A DNA stretch of 45,945 nt from Phoronis australis (taxonomy: Eukaryota; Animalia; Phoronida), in the NCBI GenBank assembly GCA_002633005.1, contig NMRA01000561.1, positions 72,570 through 118,514 of the forward strand, written 5' to 3'. Below are positions 36,101 through 44,715 of this stretch, in pieces. Position 1 is the first letter of the stretch. Every line of letters starts with the position of its first letter. Position numbers and translations under genes: made by a program. A model generated the notes under the pieces. That model made no database searches. It saw nothing but the letters and a program-made list of their open reading frames with translations, and was not told the origin of the DNA.

Positions 36101-39100
36101 TGGATAACGTTGTTGCGAATGGAGCTGTGTTTTAGCAGCATGTGTGTCAACACTCGAGCAGAAATTTCGCAACAAGTTGTGGCCATTACTTGGTTAGTCA
36201 GTTTTCCACAGTGTGGTGTAAGGGGAAACATGGTGTTCGTTATTTAGGTTCTCTGAGGGTTTGCTAGTTGTGTTTTTTAAAGATCAATCAGAACATAAAT
36301 GTAGCTTTCGGTGACAAGATCTAGTAACAGAACAATTCCGTAAAAGGTAAGTCTTTATTTCAGCAAAGAATTTACAACCGTCCCTAGTATTTTCAATTAA
36401 AAATAATGCAAAATGTGGCAAAACGTTCAATAATTAGATCACTTGACTGTAGACCAGGTAATATCTGAAAATTCCAGCTCAGAAATTTGAGCAGAACCTC
36501 AGACAAGAATGCAACAAGGGGCAGACATCTTGCCAGTTTATTGTGAAGTCGCACGCTCGTTCAATAATTCATCGTTTCAGCAGAGTCCTAGCAGTCCCAA
36601 AACTATTCTTTGCGAAACACAAAATTATTCATGAATATTCTTTCAGTGCACTATGATGACACTCGTTGCCACTTGATTTGGCTTTCCTCAATTCCTAACT
36701 GCTGCCTGCTGGTTTTTGAGCCTTGGCCCTTGGTAACTGCCTATTACTTGCACGCCCATCCAAGAATTAATACTAACCAAATGTAGTCAGTAGCAGTAAA
36801 CAAGCTAGCTAAGCCAGCAGGATATCAGCTGACTAACCTCTGATTGAATGTTTTCATGCCAAGCAGACAACTTTTGAAGGGGAAAGGTATGGACACAATA
36901 TTTTCCTGGCATTTGATTGGCTGTTCTGATCATTTTGCACTGATACCTGGTGGCTAACATGAAAGTTGAGGCAATAATTTTCCAACTTTTAAATTAAAAT
37001 TATTACTAAACGTGCAAGTGTATTCTTGGGAACTTTTTGCAATTGACTTTTGAACATCTGTAGATGGGTTTAATGCAAAAGTTCCCGTTGCTCCCCAAAA
37101 GTAGCCACGGAAGTGAAAGATAGGAGAGCTGGGACTATGGCCTATAAACAGGTTGCAAGACTGTACATTGGCAGTGTGCAACTTAATGCCATACACATCA
37201 CACTCAAATTACACATCAAATATTAACCTGCACGGGTCACAGTGATGATCGCATGATTACATTTATCTGCAGAAATAATATGGTGAATAACTGCTCGCAA
37301 ATCAAGCTCTACACAAGAACTTATTTACTCCACTATTTGCTTGTCACTCCGCCATTTTCATTTTTTACCCAGAGGTGAACTCATGAACTAAAGTAGTCAC
37401 TTGTCTCATTGATTGGCATTCGGGTCACTATATGACGTCATTAGGTCCAAAACTGAGAATATAAGACGGCAGACGATTTGATTCACCATTGTTAAAGAAA
37501 GGTAAAAAGAGGCAAAGTATAATCAGTAAAACCATTTATGGTTCCCCAAATATGTCAAGGGAATTCAATTTGGTTAATACTAGCACAATCAAGTATTTTT
37601 CCCACATTCTTCTGATTTTTGTCCATTTCACTACTTGTGAAAACCGCTTTGATGGCCCTTCAGTTCTGTTTGAGAGCTGAGTATTGGCTATGATCATGTT
37701 AACAACGTTAGGAAACTTACAAGAAATAAATAGTGCACTCACCTTCGCCCATTGGTACATATGAGGCTGGCTGTGTTCAGAGACCCCTGTAGTTCCATAA
37801 CTCGCTGAAGCTCAGCTGCATAGGAAGGATGGTTTTCCAGAACTAGCTCTGATACTTTCTTGGACACCTGCCAAAAAGGCTAGTTTTGAGCACACAAGAT
37901 ATTACAAAATTCTGTAAGAGCTAAATTTGCTTTTGATAATTAAGAAAAAAATATATATACACAAAGCTAAACAATTGCATATGACACAATTTCTCAGATG
38001 ACAGTATTCATAAATCAATGTAAACTCTAAATTCACTTACTGAGTACAAAGTAAGCCACACCCATTATCATTTTTACAAAAACAATACAATCATTCAGAC
38101 TGTGTTTAGCAGCTTCGGAAAAATCTCAAGTCGTCACAAAGTTGCCCTTACGAGTATTGAAGTCAGACAATAATTCCTCCTAAATTCGTTTCAAAGTTCG
38201 TGTTGACTTCCAAACTTTAAATTATTAACACCATTCTTAGATTCATTACTTTTGATTCACAAAATTGCTCTGTTTACTTCGTGACATCAGTGCATTTACG
38301 ACCACAGCAGTCAGCACACATCAAACGCGCTTAAATTACAACAGGAAGTAAACACACAGAAGTTGGAAATGTTCCGCAAAAGTCGCTTAAGATCGGTGAA
38401 ATAAGTGCCACCAGTGTACGCACATTCGCGGACAGAAATTGTAGAGGTACCAGGGGTCGACATAACGAGCTGCAGGTCACATTTGCGACCTGAAATTTTG
38501 AAATGCGAGCTGAGATTTTTGTCAGCTCATATCAAGTCACAAAATGCGACCTGGAATTTCCAACAAATGCGAGCTGAGTTTTTATATTTCTAGGCAGATA
38601 TCGGGCAAATATAAAGCAACTCTTGTTAATCCGACCGCTATTTGGTTGTTGCCAAATTCAATTTCAAAAGAACACTAACCGAGAACAGCCCTCCCAATGA
38701 CTTGTAAGCAAGTCGCGTGAACATGGGTTAAGCAGGAACGATCTTTGACGCGTTTCATTGGCTAACATTTTCGGACACTTTTGTAAATTTCCGGATTCAC
38801 CGAAGAAAGATTCGAGCCACTGCATAACACGCGACAAAACGTCACAAAACAGCGGTGTTTCTACTTTCTTAAGCGGTCAACTTACCAAACTTTGAGGTGG
38901 ACAAATATGTTTATTTTTCGCGCAAGATGTACTTATTACATGTGCCAAATATTCACGACAATATCCCTGATATCTGATCGCGCACCGCGGCACTTCTTGG
39001 TCCCGTTGTTAGCACGCAAGCGGTCCTGGCAGACAATTGTGCGTCTCGTTTTTTATCACATAAGACAGCCAAAGTGAAAATGACAACCCTATTTATCGCC

Positions 39101-42100
39101 AAACGACGGCCACGTCTTTACTTTCAGTTGCCAAGAAATTCTCAAACCCCTTTACTTGTTTCTGGGGCTACGTATGCAAAATATGATTTGTCTTTCACTC
39201 GTTGTTGCCAATTTAAAGTGTAGGCCTACTCCAGCGATTCAAGTGCGTGAACTCACTCGTGCACACCACTTCAAAGCTGTACATCAAAAGAGAACAGCGA
39301 CAGTCCTAAATGAAAGAGTATACCGGTTTGGCTATGTTAAGCACCCGGGTGCCAGTGGTTTATTTGAAAATGAAGTCATAGATTACCGGTGGTTATAAAA
39401 GACCCAATGCTTTACAATATTCCCCGGTACCGATATAACCCAGAACTGAAATTTTCCTGTTCCGATGTTCCCAAAACCCTATATTCTATGCACTTAGCCA
39501 GCTATTGCAACTAAACTGGTACTAGATGCGAAATTGTGGTTAGCGAACTTTTTATTCTTCTCTTCATAACCCTCCCCCCGGCAACTTTTTGCTCCCCGGA
39601 CCACCATCGTAAAACGTTCAGACTCCAATAGAAACAATCTTGTTCCGGTTGAAGCAGGCAATTAAAAACAAAATTATATTCTGTGTGGCTAAAAAGGTAC
39701 AGTGTAAGTGGTAACGATATAGAGAAAGTCACCGCTACTAGATGGAGTCGGCCTCGCAAAATCATATTATTATAACGTTTCTTACCATTGCAGTCTTTTA
39801 ATATCTTATTACTGCAAACACTCATGTTAACAACTATGCTCACGCACAAGCCTACTCCCTACCTTTGAAGTGTTTCATAATAAGCGCACACCGATCTATT
39901 AAGCGTTCCCCCTCAACTTTTGAGAAATTCCAATTAAGCACCCACAGTTCAGGCTAGCGCCCATCATAGCGCACTACAAACGACCGCGCGTGGTTTAAAA
40001 TTGGCACGCAGCCTATATAGTGTGTCAGTCTCATTTTACACAAAACAAATTCGGTTTTCAAAAACGTCTTTTCTCATTATGTTAAAACCAAATCCCGGAT
40101 TTGTTTTATACCTCTGAAAGAAAGTTAACACTAGTGACATGCAGGTCATTTTGTGACTGACCTATTTTTCCTGTACTTTGAAGGTAGAGGGGCTAACTCC
40201 AATTACCCGATGGAAATCTGCACGGAGTCCGAAATTATTTCGAGGCTATTCATTTCATGGAAAACTAATTATTGAGTACGTACCACATTTTTGTTGTGAA
40301 ATTTGCACTGAATTGTTCCTGCGCATCCAAATACATCCATTTGATTAGGGCATCGTTTCACAGATTTTCAACAGATGTTTTTCAAACGTCGAGTTAAGTT
40401 GCAAAATTTGGGCTGCTAACAAAAAGTGGAGGGAATTTGCACTGCGAGTTAGTTTGGATCTTTAACGACTTTGATGACAGGCAGTAGCAGGTCAGACCTA
40501 GCAAAATCGCGCAGACTTTTTCAACGGGCATTTTCTCCCTTTTTACATCGCAAACTTAGCTACTTGAATGCACAAGTCAGCAAGAGAGCATTGATTCAAC
40601 TTTCACGTCGGCAACTTGCCTTGTGCTCCAGAGCCTTTCAATGGCTGTCGTGAAGAACAGTAACATCGTACCTGCATGAACGAAGTTCAACTCAATTTTG
40701 TGATCTGAAATTTGTGTATATTTCATATTGCAGTATAACCTAAACATTTTCTCGATGATCTCAAAATCAATTTTGGTGCATAAAAATGGCGGGAAAATTT
40801 TGTGACCTGGCAGTTATGAATGCGAGCTGGATTTCGAAAAAAGTGACCTGGGATTTTGGCTAGGTTGCAAAATGCGACCTGGCGATTTTAATAGCGTCGA
40901 GCCCTGGGTACACAAATGATTCCGACAGTGGGGCACAGTACGACCATTTTTTAAAACGACAATTTCTCCGCAAGCAACCTCAGATTTCATTTGATGTCCT
41001 GGGATTTTTAGTTTTGGTAACCTCAGATTTCAATTAGCGACCTGGGACGTTTGCCAGGTCGCCAAATGCGACTTTGTGTTAACCTACGCCTCGAGCACTG
41101 ACATTTCTAACATAACAGCCCAACTAAATCAGTCACATAATACTGCATAGAACAATGTGTACACTTGGGAGTACCAAGTTAACAAGAGGTCTCTACTTAC
41201 CGCCTGTAGCTGTCGGCGAAGTCTATTCCTGTCATCATCAATTTCTTGCATTCGCACCTTCTCAGGAAGTTTATTCAGCTCATATTCTGATGAATCAAAA
41301 GTGTCATCGTTCATATACTGAGGCTCAATACTGGCTATAATTTCTCTGTCGATAGCTGGGTCTTGGAAGTCATTGACGTGAAGATGTTCTTTGAAGCGTG
41401 CAATAGCAGGGTCATCAGTGGTGACTGGTGGAGGCAGATCATCTACTGGTGAGGAGGGGTCCTGCACAGAAAACACTTCATTATCTAAACACCTTTGATT
41501 GTCTGGGAACTAAATACCAGTATAGTTACTCACAATACAGTTGGCGGTTTTGGCAGGGAAAACTATTCTACATTGGTAAGCAGACAAAGTATAAAAACCA
41601 TAAAGCTGCCATAAACATGGGCAATAGGACTGCAGAGGGGAGAAAATGCTTAACCAATTTACATCACAATTTTTCAAGTCTATGATTTCAGAGCTTCAGA
41701 TTGTAACAGAGTTGTGATACATGACTGTCAGGTGTGACGTACAGCCATATAAAATCTCTCTAAATCACTTGCCAAGAGGCAATTGCTTATTGGTTGAACA
41801 GCTTAGATGCTTGGCTATCACAACCTGCTTCAAGTCTTGGTGTCTGTCAACATTGAGACGAGTGCTGACATACCCTCTGGTCATGGTTTCTACCACTCTT
41901 GGGCACCAATGAAGAAAATTTCTCCCACATCGGGACTTGAACCCAAATTGCATGTGTAGGAGCCGAGCGTCTAAACCATTTAGCCACGAGGAAATTGCCA
42001 TTTGCCAAGTGATTTAAAGAAGCTTTATCTGTCTGTACGCCACACCTGGAAGTCACATGTCACAACACGTTTTAATGGTTGTGCTTTCTTTAAACAAATA

Positions 42101-44651
42101 TAAGTTAAACATCAATACTCGCAATTACTGATTTGAAGTGTGTCTTTAACTGTCCCATCAACTTTAATCACTAAGAACTCGCCTATGTAGGACAAGTCTT
42201 GTATACCTTCCATTTATTAGAGTGTCATACAAGTGGCTGATTCAAGATGCCTGTGTCTAGGCTTTATGACGTGCCACCAGTCACAAACTACTGCCATTCA
42301 AAAGTGATGTCACAGCTTTTGCAAGCGGCAGTTGTCCAAGAACTTTGACGAAATGTGGAATTGCAACCTTCACAATAGTTTAAAAAGATCCCTGGATTAT
42401 AAAATGATCATCCTCTGTTCTATTGACGTTTCCTCCACAGGAAATAGCAACCCAAAATTAAAGGAATTTGTCGATAAAAAAGATCACCTGCGAAATGACG
42501 ACTTCCATGTCTGTTTCCCGTTCTGCCAGTTTAAGATCTCAAGGTTCGGTCTCATTTCTAAATCAACCAATGGCATTCAAGTACAAACTAGGTCATTAGG
42601 TTAATTGCTGACATATTTTCTCAAATCACAACATTAACTTACAGCAGTATTACTCAGCGACAAGATGGCTTCAAGAGCAAGGCATTTGGGTGGAAAATTT
42701 TTGCATCTGCTGACTTCTTTCATTAAATGACTTTTACTGTTCTGGTTAGAACTGGTATAGCCTTTGCACCGATGTGACATGAGCGTATTGTTTTCAAAAC
42801 AACGACATATTGTACAAGATAATGCCATTTATTTAATTGTTTTTCACTTAAACGGCTGTAACCGGCAAGGTGGGTGTTAGTTTACTCCCAGATTTTGCAC
42901 TCCACCCCCCCCCCCATCAGTCTTTAGCTCTACATGTTAATATAAGTTTCATGTCGAGGTGACGAGCAGAACAACCCCGGCTGTGTGCAATTTCGAGGTC
43001 AGCGAATTATGCCTCACATCGACTAAAACATAAAAATCACATTGTTATAAATACCTTAAGCGCATAGAGGGACACCTTAGGAGGCCTTCGATGTCTTCAA
43101 TTCTTTCCAACTTTAACAAATACACCCGTTATCAAACTTTTTTTTGAGCAGTCCATTGTTCAGTTCCCAAAATCGGTAACTGGCCATTTTTAACACTGCG
43201 TGCAGCAGGAGGTATGACACCCTATCCCCTGACATGTGCAGTGTAAAAATGGCCAGTTATCGATTTTGGGAACTGCATGAGGGGCTGCTCGCAGAAAACG
43301 TTTGATAACAGGAGCATTTGTTAAAGTTGGAAGGAAATAAAGACATCAGCAGACTCCTGTTGGCATAAGGGGTAATTGTACAATATGACAATAACTTACA
43401 CATATGATTTTGGTGTCGTTCGATTCCTCATGTCGTCACCTTTCCAAAAATATATGAATTGATCCCCTACCGCATTTCCTTCACATTTTATCATCGAATT
43501 TCAGTTAGCACTATTTCCCGGTGGACACCGCCATGTTAGTTCAACTCAAGATAACAGCGACACCTATTGTTATTGAATGAAACAGCATCATTGATTCTGA
43601 ATGGTGGTTGCCCGCGCGAGATTCCCGCTAAAGTTTTCCTGACATAATATGGTGGATGCACAAGTAGAAGCATTTTACATTTTCCATTTTTTTAGAATTG
43701 TGACCAATTGACCATTTTTCCATGAAATTGTCTGAAGTGATACTTTTTTCACAAATCTGGACCTCAAAAACAACCTCCGCTTTTTTGGCAGATTCTTGCT
43801 AGCAGATGCGTATATCAGGGTCACCATAGGATCGAATTCGAACCCTTGGTTACGTAACTCGGGCAGTGGATTGACGGGTCTCGCAAGTCGGTAGATTAGT
43901 TCAGTTTTTGACCGCCAGGTGACTCCTTATCCATTCAACATGGCGGTATTACTACCGAGTACCAGGAAATAGTGCGAGCAGAAATTTCACGATAAAAAAC
44001 TAAGGGAACGGGGTAGGACAAATTTCTGTGTANTTCAATGAGATGGTTTCATTGTGGAAAAAGATTTTATTTTCAACTTTTATAACCGATTTATGCGATC
44101 GTCCATTTTAGGCCGACTTGGGGGTCTAAATTGCACCCTCTCTCGGTGAAATCAAAACGAGGCAACGCTGTAAAAAACGAGACAGTGTCGGACATTGAAT
44201 GCATTACAACGGAACAAAAATTGGTGTCATTTAATTCTCAGATTATGCGTCAAGTAAGATTCTATGAAATGTCCGATATTTAGGTTCCGTCCGATAATTA
44301 GGTACACTATGTGTACCGCATTTATAACAACGTGACTTTTATGTTTTAGTCGGTGTGAGGCATGATTCCCCGAAAGGCTTCCAGCATATGAAGCACCTAT
44401 AGGAACTACACCGTCTCTACTGAGTCAGCTAGAGACGGTGGTCACAGTATAGTTTAGTATCGTAGTGTACGTGCCACTGCATTAAGCAGTGCCGCACTGG
44501 CACTGGCTCTGCCAGGCAGTTGATTTGGAGTAAAAATCGGACAATATCTTGTTTCAGGACTTAAAATAGCTAAGGTAATAGCATGTTTATAAATCAGCGC
44601 TTTTCTTACCAATCGTGTGACGAAAGACTTGAATTTCTTTCTAATATCCAT
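3020..44651 (-). CDS. VPS50: VPS50/syndetin (CCDC132), EARP complex subunit; 21 coding exons in the window, 3' end outside
   Basis: Manually spliced exons 44610-44651, 41201-41461, 37743-37867, 32691-32808, 31867-31985, 30896-31037, 26895-27035, 25406-25538, 24402-24579, 23890-24079, 23315-23491, 22552-22664, 22105-22199, 16150-16241, 15378-15404, 14786-14884, 12908-13005, 12314-12410, 6828-6986, 3757-3977 and 3020-3110 have compatible phases and total 906 codons. Peptides such as [32 protein letters not shown] and [21 protein letters not shown] match VPS50 as I recall it. No database search was run. Confidence 0.96.
3757..3977 (-). CDS. VPS50: VPS50 exon 20 (ELQIFNTRL...[23 protein letters not shown])
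   Basis: CATTACAG| acceptor, AG|GTAGGG donor, 221 nt. Confidence 0.96.
4290..6520 (+). mobile_element. Decayed, 5'-truncated L1/Tx1-clade LINE (reverse transcriptase pseudogene)
   Basis: [17 protein letters not shown] (~4370), [35 protein letters not shown] (5069-5086) and a C-terminal FC..EPESLE..HLFWGC zinc-knuckle remnant; many stops and frameshifts; antisense to VPS50. Confidence 0.92.
6631..6780. repeat. 16-bp tandem repeat (TTATTGCACCGTGTTA) x9
   Basis: Near-perfect copies between the LINE 3' end and the exon 19 donor. Confidence 0.95.
6828..6986 (-). CDS. VPS50: VPS50 exon 19 ([13 protein letters not shown]...[21 protein letters not shown])
   Basis: TTTTCTACAG| acceptor, AGG|GTCAGT donor, 159 nt. 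Confidence 0.94.
7445..7580. mobile_element. Small MITE-like inverted-repeat element
   Basis: TTCAGTAAGGCTAGGACCT ... AGGTCCTAGCATTACTGAA (18/19 inverted match); TSD not resolved. Confidence 0.6.
8395..11690 (-). pseudogene. Decayed piggyBac-type (PGBD4-like) transposase, interrupted at 8769-10387
   Basis: F.LFFSD.L...[46 protein letters not shown](V)[16 protein letters not shown] across the insertion, and a C-terminal [13 protein letters not shown]...FHRYH Cys-rich domain; several frameshifts and stops. A possible TIR CCCTTTAGAGCCTG lies at 7796. Confidence 0.9.
8769..10387 (+). mobile_element. Non-autonomous Kolobok-type DNA transposon with a THAP-like remnant
   Basis: TTAA TSD at 8765-8768 and 10388-10391; 15-bp TIRs AGGAGAATGCCACCC / GGGTGGCATGCTCCT (14/15); MPLCCGA...[10 protein letters not shown]...RKWLAVVK...HLC resembles a THAP finger. 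Confidence 0.85.
11692..12152 (+). mobile_element. 3' fragment of a Penelope-like retroelement (GIY-YIG endonuclease plus pLTR remnant)
   Basis: GVIYQLKC...TYIGETKR....RFKEH...AVWEH...RKLKEAINI...P.LNRDRG..LPPVY, followed by a hammerhead-like motif. Confidence 0.9.
12025..12068 (+). ncRNA. Minimal type I hammerhead-ribozyme-like motif (variant core) in the Penelope pLTR
   Basis: TTGACAA-CGACCTGG-CGGA-CCAGGCC-GAAACGTC: stem II hairpin, GAAA, palindromic ACGT stem III and GUC site; the core differs from CUGANGA and stem I is weak. Confidence 0.55.
12314..12410 (-). CDS. VPS50: VPS50 exon 18 (VFLSEQL...AFLQQFFSQ)
   Basis: ATTTTGCAG| acceptor, CAG|GTAATA donor, 97 nt. Confidence 0.93.
12908..13005 (-). 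CDS. VPS50: VPS50 exon 17 ([14 protein letters not shown]...[12 protein letters not shown])
   Basis: TTTGTTGCAG| acceptor, CT|GTGAGT donor, 98 nt. Confidence 0.9.
13061..13305. repeat. 20-bp tandem repeat (CCTTGACCTAACCATGCACA) x~12
   Basis: Visible period; a 60-bp trimer occurs twice. Confidence 0.95.
13513..14157. repeat. 44-bp tandem repeat (TAAGGAATTACAGTTGGGCCGACAGTTAATTAGACATCTTGGTA) x~14-15
   Basis: Visible period; two variants alternate at the right end. Confidence 0.95.
14588..14806 (-). repeat. 26-bp tandem repeat x8 made of the exon 16 3' end plus its splice donor
   Basis: Minus-strand unit TGTGGTGTAGACGACAACATG|GTGAG; CTCACC recurs at 14599, 14625, 14651, 14677, 14703, 14729, 14755 and 14781. 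Confidence 0.95.
14786..14884 (-). CDS. VPS50: VPS50 exon 16 ([33 protein letters not shown])
   Basis: TGACAG| acceptor, ATG|GTGAGT donor, 99 nt; [12 protein letters not shown] resembles vertebrate LSSSRLRTTLNRI. Confidence 0.87.
15378..15404 (-). CDS. VPS50: VPS50 exon 15, 27-nt microexon (VYSFFSNRQ)
   Basis: TTTGTTTTCAG| acceptor, CAG|GTAGGG donor; supplies the IYTFF-like segment expected after YLYA. Confidence 0.85.
16150..16241 (-). CDS. VPS50: VPS50 exon 14 ([31 protein letters not shown])
   Basis: TTGTTGTAG| acceptor, GCG|GTGAGT donor, 92 nt. Confidence 0.94.
16279..21377. mobile_element. 5.1-kb TIR DNA transposon, apparently non-autonomous, TA TSD
   Basis: TA|CAGCACACATCACGAATTTTTGTCCG ... 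CGGACAAAAATTCGTGATGTGTGCTG|TA (26-bp perfect TIR, imperfect beyond); dense subterminal GCCGACC/GGTCGGC repeats at both ends; no recognisable transposase. Confidence 0.88.
22105..22199 (-). CDS. VPS50: VPS50 exon 13 (SFNRQRSV...[15 protein letters not shown])
   Basis: TTTCCAG| acceptor, G|GTGAGT donor, 95 nt. Confidence 0.9.
22552..22664 (-). CDS. VPS50: VPS50 exon 12 (YHSFG...[25 protein letters not shown])
   Basis: ATTTTCAG| acceptor, AG|GTATAG donor, 113 nt. Confidence 0.9.
23217..23321 (-). repeat. Perfect 52-bp tandem duplication that includes the exon 11 splice donor
   Basis: AGTATTGCTGTAAACCTTGTAGTTAGGATTAACCATGACAACTTACACCATT x2. Confidence 0.95.
23315..23491 (-). CDS. VPS50: VPS50 exon 11 (EFRFMRN...EDVLEING)
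   Basis: TTTTTGCAG| acceptor, GGT|GTAAGT donor, 177 nt. Confidence 0.9.
23890..24079 (-). CDS. VPS50: VPS50 exon 10 ([14 protein letters not shown]...[16 protein letters not shown])
   Basis: CTCTCCCTAG| acceptor, CAG|GTGGTG donor, 190 nt. Confidence 0.94.
24402..24579 (-). CDS. VPS50: VPS50 exon 9 ([31 protein letters not shown]...LDLVNR)
   Basis: TTTCATTACAG| acceptor, AG|GTAAAT donor, 178 nt. Confidence 0.92.
24786..25140. repeat. 44-46-bp tandem repeat (AGTCACTCTTTACACTGCTAACACACAGTGCACTAGGATCGCTTGT) x~8
   Basis: Visible period with degenerate ends. Confidence 0.92.
25406..25538 (-). CDS. VPS50: VPS50 exon 8 ([22 protein letters not shown]...VVDA)
   Basis: TTCTTACAG| acceptor, CAG|GTAATA donor, 133 nt. 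Confidence 0.92.
25795..26758. repeat. 30-bp minisatellite (AACTTCAACAAGTCTGTCTCATCCAACAAT) x~32
   Basis: Visible period; it produces the repetitive ORFs on both strands. Confidence 0.97.
26895..27035 (-). CDS. VPS50: VPS50 exon 7 ([10 protein letters not shown]...QYNDLCS)
   Basis: CCTTTCAG| acceptor, |GTAAGT donor, 141 nt. Confidence 0.95.
28130..28338 (-). mobile_element. Truncated inverted copy of the left end of the Kolobok-type element
   Basis: Reverse complement closely matches 8769-~9010 and ends GGTGGCATTCTCCT|TTAA. Confidence 0.85.
28655..30071. mobile_element. Non-autonomous Tc1/mariner-superfamily (pogo/Tc2-like) element
   Basis: TA|CCGTATTCGCCGTAATAACCGCCCA ... TGGGCGGTTATTACGGAGAATACGG|TA (24/25); subterminal TAAGCGCCC repeats. 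Confidence 0.88.
30484..30678. repeat. ~65-bp degenerate tandem repeat x3
   Basis: TTTGACAG.CC..ATGTTC...AGGGTTTGTATGCAAAGACCT recurs three times. Confidence 0.85.
30896..31037 (-). CDS. VPS50: VPS50 exon 6 ([10 protein letters not shown]...YRLLGKTQ)
   Basis: TTTTTGCTAG| acceptor, CAG|GTAAGT donor, 142 nt. Confidence 0.95.
31867..31985 (-). CDS. VPS50: VPS50 exon 5 ([39 protein letters not shown])
   Basis: TTTCAG| acceptor, AG|GTGGGT donor, 119 nt. Confidence 0.95.
32080..32457. repeat. 31-bp tandem repeat (CAATTCCTTCAATATAACTCAGGCCAGACTA) x~12 with a 155-bp higher-order duplication
   Basis: Visible period; the variant order starting AAGACTAGACAAC recurs at 32161 and 32316. Confidence 0.93.
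32691..32808 (-). CDS. VPS50: VPS50 exon 4 ([39 protein letters not shown])
   Basis: TTACAG| acceptor, |GTAAGT donor, 118 nt. Confidence 0.93.
33258..33778 (-). mobile_element. Partial second copy of the HINE-like element
   Basis: Terminus ACAAGAGCAACACAGAGCGTTGAAATGCGCCCA matches 810-842; the monomer at ~33610-33778 matches 1835-1995. Confidence 0.8.
33775..34210 (-). pseudogene. C-terminal remnant of a DNA-transposon protein (Academ-like region ending in a Cys-rich CXC finger)
   Basis: Hand translation: IEPFV*LYG...VNKARYHIF...[18 protein letters not shown]...GNGW, frameshift, WMTLPLAP...[30 protein letters not shown]. The family assignment is from memory. Confidence 0.7.
35636..35916 (+). 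mobile_element. ~280-bp transposon-terminus-like repeat, copy A
   Basis: Begins TA|CACATAGTGTACCTAATTATCGGACGG; aligns along its length with the reverse complement of 44034-44313. Confidence 0.85.
37743..37867 (-). CDS. VPS50: VPS50 exon 3 ([16 protein letters not shown]...ICTNGRR)
   Basis: TTTTTGGCAG| acceptor, AG|GTGAGT donor, 125 nt; absent from the ORF track. Confidence 0.93.
38451..40906. mobile_element. 2.46-kb non-autonomous hAT-like element with a 5-bp TSD
   Basis: GGTAC|CAGGGGTCGAC ... GTCGAGCCCTG|GGTAC; subterminal TGCGACCTG/TGCGAGCTG repeats at both ends; the right end of a related element follows at ~41030-41100. Confidence 0.75.
41201..41461 (-). CDS. VPS50: VPS50 exon 2 (DPSSPVDD...RLRRQLQA)
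   Basis: TTTCTGTGCAG| acceptor, |GTAAGT donor, 261 nt; YELNKLP motif. Confidence 0.9.
41711..42066. mobile_element. Fold-back element with ~105-bp degenerate inverted arms containing a tRNA-derived segment
   Basis: 41711-41815 is the degenerate reverse complement of 41960-42066 (e.g. TAAATCACTTG.CAA / TTGCCAAGTGATTTA). Confidence 0.75.
41920..41993 (-). pseudogene. tRNA-derived (SINE-head-like) sequence with intact Pol III A and B boxes
   Basis: A box TGGCTAAATGG (41976-41986), B box GGTTCAAGTCC (41933-41943); the anticodon arm does not pair, so it is not a functional tRNA. Confidence 0.7.
43090..43347. mobile_element. Long imperfect palindrome (fold-back MITE)
   Basis: Arms of ~120 bp, e.g. 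CAGTTCCCAAAATCGGTAACTGGCCATTTTTA / TAAAAATGGCCAGTTATCGATTTTGGGAACTG. Confidence 0.88.
43465..44020. mobile_element. Degenerate inverted-repeat element
   Basis: CCTACC...TTTTATC...GCACTATTTCC.GGT...ACCGCCATGTT at 43466-43536 is mirrored at 43937-44017. Confidence 0.6.
44034..44313 (-). mobile_element. ~280-bp transposon-terminus-like repeat, copy B (inverted)
   Basis: Ends CCGTCCGATAATTAGGTACACTATGTG|TA; its inner edge abuts an N at 44033. Confidence 0.85.
44610..44651 (-). CDS. VPS50: VPS50 coding exon 1 ([14 protein letters not shown])
   Basis: ATG at 44651; resembles the vertebrate N-terminus MQKIKSLMTRQ; donor TTG|GTAAGA, phase 0. Confidence 0.8.
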
Positions 44652-44715
44652 GATTTCTTTATTTATTTACGAAATTTCACAGGAAACCCTCCTACTGGAA
44701 TCCATCTTAGATTTA

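Noticed and set aside
41920-41993. Functional tRNA gene
   Set aside because: The anticodon stem does not pair and the acceptor stem is imperfect; kept only as a tRNA-derived repeat
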